Assembly: GCF_009914755.1 (NCBI RefSeq)
Contig: NC_060930.1
Length of the DNA stretch: 64,000 bases
Origin: the human T2T-CHM13v2.0 reference genome, Homo sapiens
Direction: 5' to 3' (one strand)
Part shown: positions 26,088-42,520 of the stretch, one piece after another
Numbering within the stretch: the stretch's first letter is position 1
Layout: each line of letters starts with the position of its first letter
Translations under genes and position numbers: made by a program
Notes under the pieces: generated by a model
Told to the model about the DNA's origin: nothing
Seen by the model: the letters and a program-made list of their open reading frames with translations, nothing else
The model's database searches: none

Positions 26088-27189
26088 TTACATTTCTCTA
26101 CACAGGCAAAGGCTGGAGGGACAAAAGGCAGGGAAGGAAGCCAGAAGTTACTTTCGCTGATACTACTGAGTTTAAATTCTCCTAATAATCACAAGAGGTT
26201 GATTCTCATTTTAAAAGTGAGAAATGGGTTTAGCAAATTATGGCCCCTGCCTAAGCTGGGAATTGGTCCAGATGGGAATCAAATCGAGGCCTGCTTCCAG
26301 AGCTGATCAGAGCAGAAGACATTACATAAGGATGGGTAGAGACTCCTTCTGGCCTGATGAGGTACTCGAGGGCCTGCTGACCTTGGATGCCTGTGTGCTT
26401 GAGGACAGTGGTTTCTAGACCAGGCTGGGTGTCAAAATCACTGGGGTGCTTGTTGAAAGAAAAGATGCCTGAGCTCCATCCCCACAGACCGATGCAGTTA
26501 GTTTGCCATGGGGCCTGGGATGCTGCAATTTAACAAATATCCTGGGTGACTGGGACCCCTCCAGGGGCCTTATGTAAGAGAAAACACAATTTTTTTCCTC
26601 TATTTAGTTAGAAATGAGAGTAACAAGCAGGCCAAAAAAAAGGTGGCATGAAATTAAAGCTCTGCAAGTGTGGCATAAACCATGAGTGCAATGGAACTGT
26701 CCTTTGAGTAGGTGCCTCAGGGAGCCAGGTCTGATTGGCTCAGAGTGGGAAGCTGATGCTAACAGGACCCATCAATAGACTGAGCAGAAGCCAGGGCTGG
26801 ACCAGGTACAGACGATGAGTTGACCAATCAGATGACTGACTTGGAAACTGAATTAAGAGACCAAAGAGGAATTGCTAATTAGCTGTGGTCCTACTGAAAG
26901 TTGGAGCTTTTGTATTGTATGGTGGTTGGAGCAAGGAGGCTGACCGTTGAAGGCAAGTCAGCTATGTGGGAATAAAAATGGAGGAAGCTGAGGGATAAGG
27001 AGAGGACAGGAGACGCATGCAGGGTGGTAGAGAGGCCATGAGAGACAGGCCAAGGACAAAGATGGACACCCTTCCCCACACTGAGGAAGGAGCCTGGGCT
27101 CTTGGCACTCCAGTTTCTACGGAGCCTGGCTAGACTGTGATCTATGTCCAGAGGTCTGCCAGAAGTTGGGGAGGCAAGTGCAGACTCTA

Positions 27190-27335
27190 TGAGATGCCCA
27201 GGCTCAAACCCCAGCTCCTCTACTGACTGGCTATGTAAGCTTGACAAATTCTTAACCTTTCTGTACCTCAGTTTCCTCACCTGTAACATGAGGATAAGAC
27301 TAATAACCACCTCACAAACTGTGAGAATTCACCAG
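27190..27335 (+). mobile_element. MIR (other copies at ~4735-4880, 12960-13060, 15000-15140, 30260-30420, 51610-51770)
   Basis: MIR core cctcagtttcctcacctgtaa. Confidence 0.75.
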
Positions 27336-27722
27336 TGGATCACTCTTCCTTGTAGGTGAAAGAACCACATCAAAGCAAACTTTTGAACAGAAACTGTTAC
27401 TTTCTGATTCTCATTTTTCAGAAGAAACTTGCTGTCCCCATGAGGGGGATGTCAGACTGGTTTGGTAGGGTTTCCTAGGACTGAAAGACTTCATTCCTCT
27501 TAGAATGTGAAGTTTTTCTCTCTCAACCAGTCTCAAAAAGTCCAGAAAAATGAGGTCTGCCCTACTGGTTTACATTAGGCAAGAACTCGAGAGTCACAGC
27601 AGAAAATACATCAGTACTTGACAACGTACAATCTAAGGAGAAGACACCCAGTCCTAACGAAAGCACCAATATAATGTGCTAACATGGTAAGTACTGAGTA
27701 CCAGCATGTAGATAAAGAACTA

Positions 27723-28040
<318 letters not shown>

Positions 28041-28819
28041 TCAAAAAAAAACCCTAAGATACTACCAGTACATAGTAAACTAATATCGCCCTTGCTCAGA
28101 GTGCAGTTCACTTCTTCCATTCATTTATTTAAACAACATTTATTAAGCTCTTACTAGGTGCTAAATATATATTATATCAGACACTGGGGAAATAACTGAC
28201 CTCAGGTGATCTGCCCACCTCAGCCTCCCAAAGTGCTGGGTCCGCTCTTGGTCTGCACGTGGTGACTTTTAGTTTGCTTCCCACTGCTTGGTGGATTTTA
28301 CCATGCCAACCAGAGCCTGTAGAAGGACTAACCTCTAAGGAATGGATGATCATCTTCAGGGAGTGGGAAACACCTACAAATTTAGACATTAGCAGATGGG
28401 GTTTCATATACAAATGTGTCTCACGGAGACAGAGGTCTCGGTGATATTTTGAGTTGTTAAAGGACACTGATGTCACATGGGAAGTGCAAAGCAGACACTG
28501 GACATGTGATGTGGATGTTTGGGAGAAAGAACAGAGCTGGAAATGTAAAGACTGTCAGAGCGAATACCATGTATAATCTGTTCAGTTACTTGCCCCGCCT
28601 CTGGCATACTATCTATTTGGAACATCACAGGAACTTAGTAAATATTTGTTGAATAGCTGAATGAAAGTAACAGAATTGATCTTTAAAGATTTGATTTTTC
28701 AGCCAGGCGTGGTGGCTTACACCTCTAATCCCAGCACCGGGTGGCCGAGGCGGGTGGATCAGCTGGGGTCCGGAGTTCGAGACCAGCCTGACCAACATGG
28801 AGAAACCCCGTCTCTACTA

Positions 28820-29188
<369 letters not shown>

Positions 29189-29332
29189 TTAAGATGCGGC
29201 ATGGTCTAATTTAAAAAGATTAGGTTTGGCAGTAAGCCTTACTGATGAAACAATTTTTAAAAATAAAAATCTTATTTCACTGATGTGGAGCCTAACCTGT
29301 TTTTTTTTTTGGTTGTTTGTTTGTTTTTTTAG

Positions 29333-29545
<213 letters not shown>

Positions 29546-29926
29546 TGATCCACCCACTTCAGCCTCCTAAAGTGCTGGGATTACAGGCGTGAGCCACTGC
29601 GCCCAGCCTCCTTTTTGGCCAAGTGATGAGTCTGCTCCATACAACTAAGTAATTCAGTATTTCCATGCTATATCCAAGTAAGCACATAAATGACATTATT
29701 TTAATTGAAAGAGTATACAGATGTGGTCACATTTTACTCAGTATGCTTCCTCACTCATATTTTAATTTTATTTTCTAACAAGACTCGGTATAATAAGAAT
29801 GGTCATCAAAAACATCAATAACAATGCTTCAATAATAACAGCTCTCATTTATACAGTTCTTTAGAGATGAAGGTATTTCCTACATATTTCATTTCTTTCA
29901 ATTCCCACAAAAATCCTTTGAGGTAG

Positions 29927-30085
<159 letters not shown>

Positions 30086-31133
30086 TAGCTGGGATTACAG
30101 GCCACCACATTGGGCTGATTTTTGTATTTTTAGTAGAGATGGGGTTTCACCATGTTGGCCAGGCTGGTCTCGAACTCCCGACCTCAGGCGATCCGCCCAC
30201 CTTGGCCTCCCAAAGTGCTAGGATTACAGGCGTGAGCCACCACACCCGGCCACAAGTATGGACTTCAAAGCCAAACACTCTGGTTTTGAATCTCAACTCT
30301 GTCACATACCAGCTGCTTAACTTTGGACAAGTAACTTAATCTCTTTGACCTCAGTTTCCTCATCTGTATAATGGAATAGTAGCTTATACCTTACAGAATT
30401 AAATGTTAAACCACATGAAATATTTTGATTTTTTTGTTTTTTTTTTTTTTAAATATTTTACAGACAAGGTCTTGCTCTGTCATTCAGGTTGGAGTGCAGT
30501 GGTACGATCATAGCTCACTGCAGCTTTGAACTTCTGGGCTCACCCTCCTGCCTCAGCCTCCCAAGTAGCTGGGACTACAAGCACATACCACCACGGTCGG
30601 ATAATTTTAAAAATATTTTGTAGAGGTGGCGTCTTGCTTTGTTGCCCAGACTGGTCTCAAACTCCTGGGCTCAAGTAATCCTCCTGCTTTGGCCTCCCAC
30701 AGTGCTGGGATTACATGTATGATCCACCATACCCAGCCCACATAAAGTATTTTGAACAATACCTGGCATAGGCAAGTGACCAGTAAGTATTACCTGGTAA
30801 TATTAGTGGAGGTGGTGATGATTGTGTTAGTATTACAGAAATATTCCCATTTTGCAGGAGTAAACCAAAGCTTAGAGAAGTTGAATACTTGGACCAAGGC
30901 CACACAGCTTGAAAGTGATTGAGCCACAAGCCTTATAGCCTTACACCCAGGTCTCTGTAGTCAAATCCTATACTTTTTAGACAAAGCTAGTATTGGATTT
31001 AGGTTTTTATAAATTCCAAACATAATAACCTATTTCAAACTCATAGAAGTCTAAGCTGATTTTCTAGAACCCAGAAAAAGTATAGTATACTAAAAAATTA
31101 AGACAGCTAAACAAAAAAAGAAAAATTACTTAC

Positions 31134-31208
31134 CATTTGCGATCACCTGGATTAATGGCAACTAATGCTCCTCTATCCCAAATCATGTCAAATTTGCCAA
31201 TATTTGTC
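31134..31208 (-). CDS. TPMT: TPMT coding exon c.420-494 (75 nt), [26 protein letters not shown]
   Basis: ggtag|GACA ... AATG|gtaagt; contains the [10 protein letters not shown] methyltransferase motif. Confidence 0.98.
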
Positions 31209-31835
31209 CTACCAGAAAGAGAAAAAACATTTTATGGGAGAAAAATCAAATCTTTAAGAAGATGAGCAGCGTCCCCCATGGTGCATGCTGGTACTTCAAC
31301 AATCGTCAAGGTATTAGGATCTCACGTCTGCGTTTCCTCCTAGAGGAATGTGTGGACCTGGGTGTGGAGAGCTGTCCATCCCCTCATGGTTTTAGGAGCC
31401 TGTGGCAGCAGCCTCCCCACTCTGTTATGATTTGGGGACATGAAGAAGGAACAAAGGACAGTGTGCAACAACTCTGCCCCCAGCCTCTGGCTCAGGTATC
31501 AGGGACTTTCAGGAGATGAGCTCTTATCTCCCTTGGCTACTTGAAATTCATTTCTATTACAGGCCCAGGTGCAAGGTAGAAGACACTGTCTTACTCACCT
31601 TTCTTTTTCCCTAGCTGCCTCAGTTTCCCATAGTTTGGGAGCTAACCAAAGACAAAACACATTAAAGTGTGCAGACGAGTGTGTAATAAAAATATCTGCA
31701 GAACAGACATTCAAAAAAATGCTTTGTGGATGTTACACAGGAGGAAGAGAGTGAGGAAGACACCTCCACTCCCATGCCTGCACTGCCTGGCAAGCATTCA
31801 AATTTTTTAAAGTGCAGATGTAGTATTCAACCTAC

Positions 31836-31888
31836 CTGGGAAGATCAAAAATACTGCAACAGTACAATGAAATGTTCCCCGAAGAACT
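31836..31888 (-). CDS. TPMT: TPMT coding exon c.367-419 (53 nt), SSSGNISLYCCSIFDLPR
   Basis: ttacag|AGTT ... CCAG|gtaggt. Confidence 0.97.
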
Positions 31889-32462
31889 CTGTAATGAAAT
31901 AATGAAAAAAAATTTTTTTTTTTTACTTAGTAAGTACTTGAATAGTCAAGGAAAGAGGGCCAAGCAAAGCAAAAGTTCTAGGGAAAGAATGTGTTAATTA
32001 AACATAATTAAAGTAAATAATTTTACTGCACTTTATTGGCACCTTATTTTTTTCTTTTAAAACCTGTGCGAGGTTCTTTTGGGCCAACTCAGAGGAATAT
32101 CACAGAGGACAACCTTGAAGATCAGTTGGCTGTTACTCACTTCAGAGCTTGCTATAAAATTCTAACAATGTTTCCTCGAGCAGAGTGACATTTTTACTCT
32201 GCTAAAGATAAATCTGCAGGTCAACCAATTATCAGGCAGGGTGGTACTGAAAAGTCAGGTATTTTAAGTTATTCCAGAAATGTGCAATTGTGCTGATTCT
32301 TCCATTTTTGCTCATTCATTCAGCCAATGAGCATTTATTTGCTGAGTACCTAATAGACAAGACATCTATCCTGGGTTCTTGACAGTAGATTTGAATTCGA
32401 CACAGTCTCTGACCACAGTGAGGACAGACTAGAGCAGAGAAGCGTGGGCACAGAGAACATTA

Positions 32463-32849
<387 letters not shown>

Positions 32850-33189
32850 TCAAAAACAAACACTTGGAGCAAAATAATCCTAAAAAATAAACAACAACAA
32901 CAAAAATCAAGAGAATAAAACAAAAAAAGAGGTGACTTTTGAAAGGGTGACACTCTAGGGTGTGGACTGGGGGCACACTCCAAGAGGGGGCAATATAACA
33001 TAGACTTTAGGATCCTGGGAGCTGGGGTGAAGGGCAGTGTAGGAAAGGTGTGTCAGCACACAAGACTGCTAGATTTTATTCTGAAATGAGGTCCCCACAC
33101 AGGTTTACAAGTAGAGGAGGAAGGGTCTTTGACAACCAGCCTGGGATCACTGGGTCAGCCCAGAGATGGGTGGGCCTGGAGGCAGGAGA

Positions 33190-33372
33190 ACAGCTGGATC
33201 TCAACTTTGCCTGCAGATTGGAATCAAGGGGAGCTTTAAACAGTACTGATGCCAGGGCCCTACCCCTACAGATTCTGATATAATTGGCCTGGGGTAAGAC
33301 CTTTGGATTGGGAATTTTTATAAGATCCAGAGATGATTTCAAATGTGCAGCCTGGGCGGGGAACTGCTGCTC
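33190..33372. mobile_element. MER5-like hAT-Charlie MITE (similar relics at ~16140-16245 and ~26408-26545)
   Basis: Characteristic cagattctgat..aattgg.ctgggg and caggtgatt..aatgt.cagcc..gtttgaga..cactg segments. Confidence 0.65.
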
Positions 33373-33435
33373 CAAGAGGGGCCTGGAAGCAGGACTAGCC
33401 CTTTTTGGACTGAGTAAACTCCTTGGATTCTTTAA

Positions 33436-33816
<381 letters not shown>

Positions 33817-33910
33817 TAATTTCAATATTTAGAAAAGAGTACTTTGTGAGACACTGAATATACAGATGGACAATAGATCCTATATGACAATACAACTCTG
33901 ACCCCACAAC

Positions 33911-34493
33911 TGATTCAGGAGTTAAGAAGAAATTACTAAGGCAGATAGGGAGGATACGGAAGGTTTTCCTCTTAATGAAAAGCAGCCTCAAATCATTTTT
34001 CCTTTCTAACAAAGAGCAGCCTATAAAATCGAGCTGCAGACATAGATGCCGGCAGTTTGTGCCAATCATGTTCAAAATGGTGGCTCTATCTTCCCTTCTC
34101 TGTCAGCCACCTGTAGAGTAAGAAGCAGACAACATGGTGCCAGTGAAGGGAAGAGTTCATTTGCATAATAAGATTAGGGTGGGGCGACCAGCCTTCCCAG
34201 CACGTTATGTAAACATCACACTTGATCAAACCAATCTGTGAGCCCTATGTAAATCAGACACTGACTCCTCAGGCTGCACTATAAAATCCGGCGCTTCTAC
34301 ACCTGGCAGGTTTTTTCCTCTCGGAAGTCCCCTCTCTCTCACTAAAGAGAGAGCTGTTTTATTTTCTCTTTCTCTTTTTTTTTTGCCTATTAAACCTCCA
34401 CTCCTGAACTCCTCATGTGTGTCTCTGTCCTAAATTTTCCTGGCACAAGACGACGAACCTGGGGAATTTACCCCAGACAAGGTAGCCACTTCA
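33911..34493 (+). mobile_element. Solo ERV1-class LTR, LTR9-like, in a TPMT intron (antisense to TPMT)
   Basis: TG...CA termini with perfect CAAC TSD (33907-33910, 34494-34497); TATAAAA 34280-34286; ATTAAA 34389-34394; subfamily from recall. Confidence 0.87.
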
Positions 34494-35744
34494 CAACCTC
34501 TGCAGTGACTTGGTCAATGACTGCCAGCTTCCCTGATTTTTACTACCACACTTCTTCCAATTTAGGATCAGCCAGAGAAAGGCAAACATGCTCCCCAAAC
34601 CAATCACATAGGATGCCCCGTTCCTAGTTGCCCACCTCCAGCTTCCCTGTGCCAACAGCCTCGCAACAGCACATGCCGGGAGCTTTTACTTTTGTCCACT
34701 TTTAAGCTTCCCCACTCCTCTGCCTGCCTTTGAGTCTCTGCCAGATTCTCTCTGCTTGTTCCCACTTGGGTAGTGTTTGTTTATTTACACTGGCTCATTC
34801 TGCTCACAGCATAAAGACCACTCCCAAACCTATCATTTTGAGCCCAAACCTCACTCCATGCTTCAGACATAAAACCTTCACCACTCCACAGGTCCCTTAA
34901 ACTCATCATCTCTAGAAAAAGATTCATTCTTTCTGCCCTTCTCATTTATTCTTGACCATCCAGCCAGTCATCTGAGCCAGAAATGTGAACTCATCGCTCC
35001 TTTGGTCCTCATTCGGTCACAGAATCCTGCGGGTCTATCGTAAATGTTGCTTTAATCCATCCTAACCACTCTCTATGCCCCATCACTCTCCTTGCTCAGG
35101 GATTCATGATGTCTTTCCTGGACCACTGCCATAGCCTCCTGTCTCTCTGCCAGGAGGCTACTTCCCTTCAAATCACTTCCTATGAGGCCTCATGGGTGAT
35201 TTAAGTAGTATCTTCCCGAGGTGTCCAAGACCATGGACCCAGGCCCTGCCTGATTCCAGCTCTATCTGTCACCATGCTTCAGGAAGCACCGCCAGGTTGG
35301 GCAGGTAACTCCCATCTCTTCCCTTAATACCCTGTGTCTTTACACTTAGCTCCATGCATTACAAATAGCTTTGTCCCTGTTTCTCTTCTCTCCTAAACTA
35401 AGAGATTCTTTAGGGGTGGGAGTGAGGGGGGTGTGCTGTGTTATCTTTATCTCTTCAATGTCTTAGGCAGGGTCTGGCACATGATGGGTTCTCAGAAAAT
35501 GCGTGTTAATAAAAATAAAACAAGCCTAAAAGCTTGAGTACAGAGAGGCTTTGACCTCAGCTTTTATATACATATGTCTATACCTATTTAGGTAGCTATC
35601 ACCTATATTTTTAAGCCCTTGCTTCTTATACTATATAGTATCTACAGTGAATCTGCGTGCTAAATAGGAACCATCGGACACATGAATGGTATCCTCATAA
35701 TACTCACACTGAGAAAAACTTTTGTGGGGATATGGATACAATTA

Positions 35745-35927
<183 letters not shown>

Positions 35928-36243
35928 TTATGTTTTCAAATGACTAAATAGAGGGTTATATTAGAGTAAGCATATATTTTCTTTAATTTAGAGGAATTTA
36001 TATGAATTCAGGTTCATAGGGTTTCAAAGAACATGCAGGAAAGCAGATCTATATTATTTTCAAACCTTATAAAAATTCTGAAAAACTGACTTATATGAAT
36101 TCAGGAAACAATAAAAATTTGGAAAATTATATATATCTTTTTTTATGTATGAAACAGTTGGAATGTAATTATAGATATATAACAAAATACTGATTTAATA
36201 CAAATTGATTTGACTAGAGGAAATGCTTTTCAATTTCTCTAAA

Positions 36244-36425
36244 TCAGCACTGCCCATTAAAATTTTCTGCATTGATGAAAATGTCTATATCTGTCGCTGT
36301 CCAATAAAATAGGCATTAGCCACATTGGTTCCTCGTGATTGAGGAACTGAATTTTACATTTTATTTAGTTTACATTTAAATAGCCACATGTGGCTAGTAG
36401 CTACTGTACTAAAGTGAACAGGTCT
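36244..36425. mobile_element. MER3-like hAT-Charlie MITE
   Basis: gctgtccaata, gaggaactgaatttt and tagccacatgtggcta motifs. Confidence 0.7.
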
Positions 36426-36564
36426 AGAACATTAGCACTCATTTGTATACTAATCTTGTAGTTTCCATTTGCTTAAAATAAACACTATCCAAAAATTTGT
36501 ATATTTTATCATATACAAATAGCATTGTCCTGGTAATTTTATTTATTTATTTATTTATTTTTGA

Positions 36565-36672
<108 letters not shown>

Positions 36673-36675
36673 TGA

Positions 36676-37281
<606 letters not shown>

Positions 37282-37288
37282 TAAAAAC

Positions 37289-37735
37289 ATAGTTCTGCTA
37301 TAATGTAACAAGTGCCTTCCTAAAATCACTGCACTATGCTAAATCACGCGCTAAAAATCCCCAGGCTGGTGGGGAAAGTGAGGGCACAGCATTTAAAAAC
37401 TTGGTCAGTGCCACATTAAAAAACAAAAACAGGAACCTAATAATAACAGTTTTATACATGTTAAATGGTTGAGAAATAGATAAATACTACAATATGGCAC
37501 TTTACGGTGAAAAAGACCTAATGCTCACTAAGGTAGCTGGGGGATGTTGGTGCATTCCATCTATTCATACCTGGTTTAGTTCAACTGGGTGCAGTTTTCT
37601 GCTTTTACCTAAGGCTTCTTATAGATGAAATCACACACAAGCAAATGTGAAATTTATTTCATGCTCAAATTTTTCCCTAATATATCAATTGAGTTAGAAT
37701 TCAGTTTTGAAACAAGTATAGCAGGACTGACTGTA
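37289..37735. mobile_element. Tigger-like DNA transposon relic
   Basis: Imperfect terminal inverted repeats gttctgctata ... tatagcaggac ending in ctgta. Confidence 0.5.
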
Positions 37736-39955
37736 CCTTTTATCTACAAAAGAGTACGTACTTTCAATGTGGGCAGAGCATGAACTGTTTAGTTGTAAAA
37801 TGAAACATATAACTTGTCTTTCATCTTTCGTATTTCTTAGGATATCTGTAAACATACAGGGAGTTTAAAAATTCTCCCTACATTTTTTAAGTTATAAAAT
37901 GTAAACAAAAACATTATTCAAATTGGCTGTATGTGTTTTTATTTCCCATTCAACAGATGGAAAAATGAAGCATAGCCTACTACAACCTGTAATAAAAACA
38001 AAATAAGACCAAGTGTGGTGGCTTATGCCTGTTATCCCAGCATGTTGGGAGGGAGGATCTCTTGAGCCCAGGAGTTCAAGGTTGCAGTGAGCTATGATCA
38101 TGCCACTGCACTCCACCCTGGGTGACAGAGTGGGACTGTCTCAAAAAACCAAAAACCTAAACCTAAATATCTTAAACATTTTGTTTTAATGCTTTTTGGC
38201 CTTAGCTCATGGTCAGTTTTTCTATTCACATCTCATGTCTGTATAGACCTCAATACATAGATCAGTTACATAAATGAAAAATCATCTACTATCATAACTT
38301 CTTAACTTCTTACATGTAATTACAGTAGCTCAGTTCATATATATATATACATAAAAATAACTGTATTTACGTATATATACATATATATATATTTTTTGGA
38401 GACAGAGTCTCACTCTGTCACCTAGGCTGGAGTGCATGGGCTCATTGCAACCTCCGCCTCCTGGATTCAAGCAATTCTCCTGCTTCAGCTTCTCAGGTAG
38501 TTGGGATTACAAGCGTACGCTGCCATGCCTGGCTAATTTTTGTATTTTTAGTAGAGATGGGTTTTCACCATGTTGGCCAGGCTGGTCTCGAACTCCTGAC
38601 CTCAAGTGATCCGCTCACCTAATTAAAGGTGTGAGCCACCGCACCTGGCCAGTTCTGATATTTTTTGTAATGTCTTTATTACAAATGGCTTTAGACCCCA
38701 AATATTCAACAATCACATTTAATTGGCTATTTCATACCATTTTCCTAATGTTGCCTCAGAACCTGTTTGTACTACATTGTTACCATTTATGGTGACATCA
38801 CATGACAATCTGTTTATAGAGTTAATTTTTTTTGAGGGTAATTTTGAAAGTAACTATCTCTTCTGGCTCAATGAATTGGTTAAAATATATGTCATAATAT
38901 AGTTTAAATATTCTCAATTTCATGACCACACTTGAATCTTAAAGTCATAGCAGCCCTCTAACAAAGGCTCTCAGCTACAGTTGATTGGTTGCTGGCTGCA
39001 AAAATTCTATCATCTCTACTTGAAAATCAACTCCCAAAAAATGCATGCATACTCTGCGTTAGTCACCGATATTTATATTCAGAATAGACCATTTTTTAGG
39101 TTATTATATTTTACATTTATTAATATTTTATTTTAAATTTATTTTTTGAGGCAGGGTCTATGTTGTCCAGACTGGTCTCAAATTCCTGGGCTCAAGAGAT
39201 CCTTCTGTCTTGGCCTCCCAAAGTGCTGGGATTACAGGCGGAGGCCACCACACCTGGCGCATTTACTAACCTTTTCATACATTCTTTTTTCTTTCCTGCT
39301 CAGTGGTCAAAGTTCTCAACATTCAAGCTTATAAATAAATGCATATCTTGGCAGGTATGATTGTATCTGTATATTATCATTACAAGAGAGTTCAGTATAG
39401 AGAATGATGTCGAGGTGACTTTAGGGTAACTCATAGTAAAAGTGGCTTGTTAAAGTGAATTCTCTTTGTAGAGAATTACTCACAAGAAATACTTTCTTAA
39501 TCACTGGTTTTATAACAATGATTCACGATAACAGAAACTCCTGTGTTCCCTGGTGGGAGGGGAAGGTTGAGCTGAACTGTGGACTATGAACATTGTCCTG
39601 CCAAAAAGCTGTAATTCATTTTGAATTTCTCTGTCCACCACCATTTCAAATATCTAAAAATTAACTTAGCTAAATTCCTAAACCACCTACAAAAACTGAA
39701 CCACATACAAGGATCCAGGAAATGTAAAAGGGAAGGCTGTTTTTTCTCCCCCCATTGGCTCCAAACTGATTTTTTAATTTCAAAACTCAATCCAGAAAGA
39801 CTTCATACCTGTTTCTGTTGTTTCTTACTGTTTGAGAATATTATTTCCAATTATATACCCATCACTAATAGAAAAATAAGGAATTTCTGTGTATTTCCTG
39901 AAAATGGAGTTTTAAAACTCACATCCTGTTAAATCACCCAAAGAATTCATCATTA

Positions 39956-40144
<189 letters not shown>

Positions 40145-40560
40145 TCATTATCTCACTTAATATTCCCAACAACCTTAATAAGCAGTTACTATTAATTATT
40201 ATAATCTCCAGCTTACATATGAAGAAACAGGTAACTTGCTCAGACACACACCCAGTCAGTGGTAAATCTGACTTACACCCAGGGCTTTCCTGATTAGTAA
40301 TTAAAAATAATTTTTTTTTCTTGGGGATGTTTTGAAAATTCTTTATTAATTCTCTAAATATGTACTATTTTGGGGGTGATGGAGCCTCTGGAGCCATGGA
40401 TTTTTCAACATTAATTTCATGGTACGTTCTCTAAACGTGTACTCAAGCCTCAGAAGTAAACCTGAGAAGTGTAACTCCTGTAGTTTCTTGTAATTCCCTC
40501 TGTGGAGATGTGGCTCTTCTAAGGCCATCCACATGACAGAAATAACCCAGTGTTTCTGGT

Positions 40561-40584
40561 ATGATGATGATGATGATGATGATG
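40561..40584 (+). repeat. (ATG)8 microsatellite in a TPMT intron
   Basis: Direct reading. Confidence 0.92.
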
Positions 40585-41156
40585 TCATCTCCTGGGGAGA
40601 TGGGCGTGGCTGCCCAGAACAAGGAATGTCTCTAACAACCACTTTACTCAGCACTGGTCCCATGATTTATTGCTGCTATGAAGACTACTACTACATTGCA
40701 CAACATCCTAACTCACTTTATAATTTCTCGCAACTTCTTTTCTCCCACCATAGAGATAATTCTTTAACATCTGAACACATCCTATTGGAAAGCAAAGTCA
40801 GACACCACTGATTTTCAGTATGAAGAATTGTAAGCATAAACATTGCTTGAGCACCTGTTGTAGGTATAAATATTCAGGGCCAATACATAGGTGCCGTAGG
40901 GATCAAAGAACATATTTTATAAATCTAAGATGTCATCATTTGTAAGCCACACCATTATTTACACACTGTGGGAAGAAAAGACTCTGCCAATTAAACTACA
41001 TCATGCCACAGATGCACTGTGACTCGGGAGACACAAAAATGTGAAGAATTAAATGTGCATCCTAAAAGTTAGTCAAATAATGTGTACTTTTATTATTTCT
41101 ATCTCAAAGTCACTTTTTGATAGAACATTTCTCTATTGTATACCAAATATTTCTTA

Positions 41157-41318
<162 letters not shown>

Positions 41319-42049
41319 TCACAAGCATATGTCTTCCGTGCCTACGTGGAAAATATTTGCAATGTTGTCATTTAAGGTCATTGGAATTCTATTGATGAAC
41401 TAAATGAAAACCTATTATTCTTAGCAGTATGACTTTTTAAAAATATTTCTTTCTTTTTTTATTTCTGGTTTTATTTTTGAGATGGAGTCTCACTCTGTCT
41501 CCCAGCCTGGGGTACAGTAGTGTGATCTTGGCTCACTGCAACCTCTGCCTCCCAGGTTCAAGCAATTCTGCTGCCTCAGCCTCCCAAGTAGCTGGGACTG
41601 CAGGTGTGCACCATCATGCCCAGCTAATCTTTCTTTCCTTGTTTTTTTTTTTTTCAGAGACAAGGTCTTGCTCTGTCACCCAGGCTGGAGACCCTGGCTT
41701 ACTGCAAGCTTCAACCTCCTGGGCTCAAGCGATCCTCCCATTTCAGCCTCCCAAGTAGCTGGGACTTCAGGTACACACCACCACACCTGGTTAATTTTTG
41801 TATATATATATTTTTTAATAGAGATGGTTCTCATTTTGTTGTCCAGACAACAAAGAACGCCTGGGCTCAAGGGATCCTTCTGTCTTGGCCTCGCAAAGCA
41901 CTGGGATTACAAGTGTGAGTCACTGCACCTTGCCATTTCAACATCCAATAAGAAGTGATAACAAAAAATTACTTTCAGTGCGTCTGGTGGTAGAATAATA
42001 CCCCTTAATACACATTACAAGAGATCATTAAATAAACTGAATTCTATCT

Positions 42050-42520
42050 TAATATTAGTGTTTCCTCTGCTCTCACACCCCAATCATCAACACACAAGAT
42101 TTCTGTGACCAAATGTGGGGGTTCTTCCCCCAGCACACCAAATATTGGACACCAGTTGGGTATCTTCTGATTTAATTCTGACATTACCTACCTGGAGATA
42201 GTGTCAGATTCTATATGTTGGGGGCTCAGTCCCTAAGATTTCCCTCCTCACTTAGACACCAGTTGCAAGTCCAGGCCTCCACTGGCTTCAAGTTGGGGTT
42301 CCCACACCCTCCACTTTGGGTTTGCTTAATTTGCTAGAGCAACTCACAAACCTCAGAGAAATACTTAGTTATCTTTGCACATTTATTATAAAGGATACTG
42401 CGAAGAATATACTTGAAGAGATGTGTTAGCTACAGGACCTTCACCTGTTGAGCTATTAGGAGGCTCTCCAAACCCCATCCTCTTGGGTTTTTATGTAGGC
42501 TTCATCACGTAGGCATTATT
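42050..42520. mobile_element. MER21-like LTR fragment
   Basis: Motifs atttctgtgaccaaatgtgggg and cctacctggagatagtgtcagat resemble recalled MER21. Confidence 0.6.
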
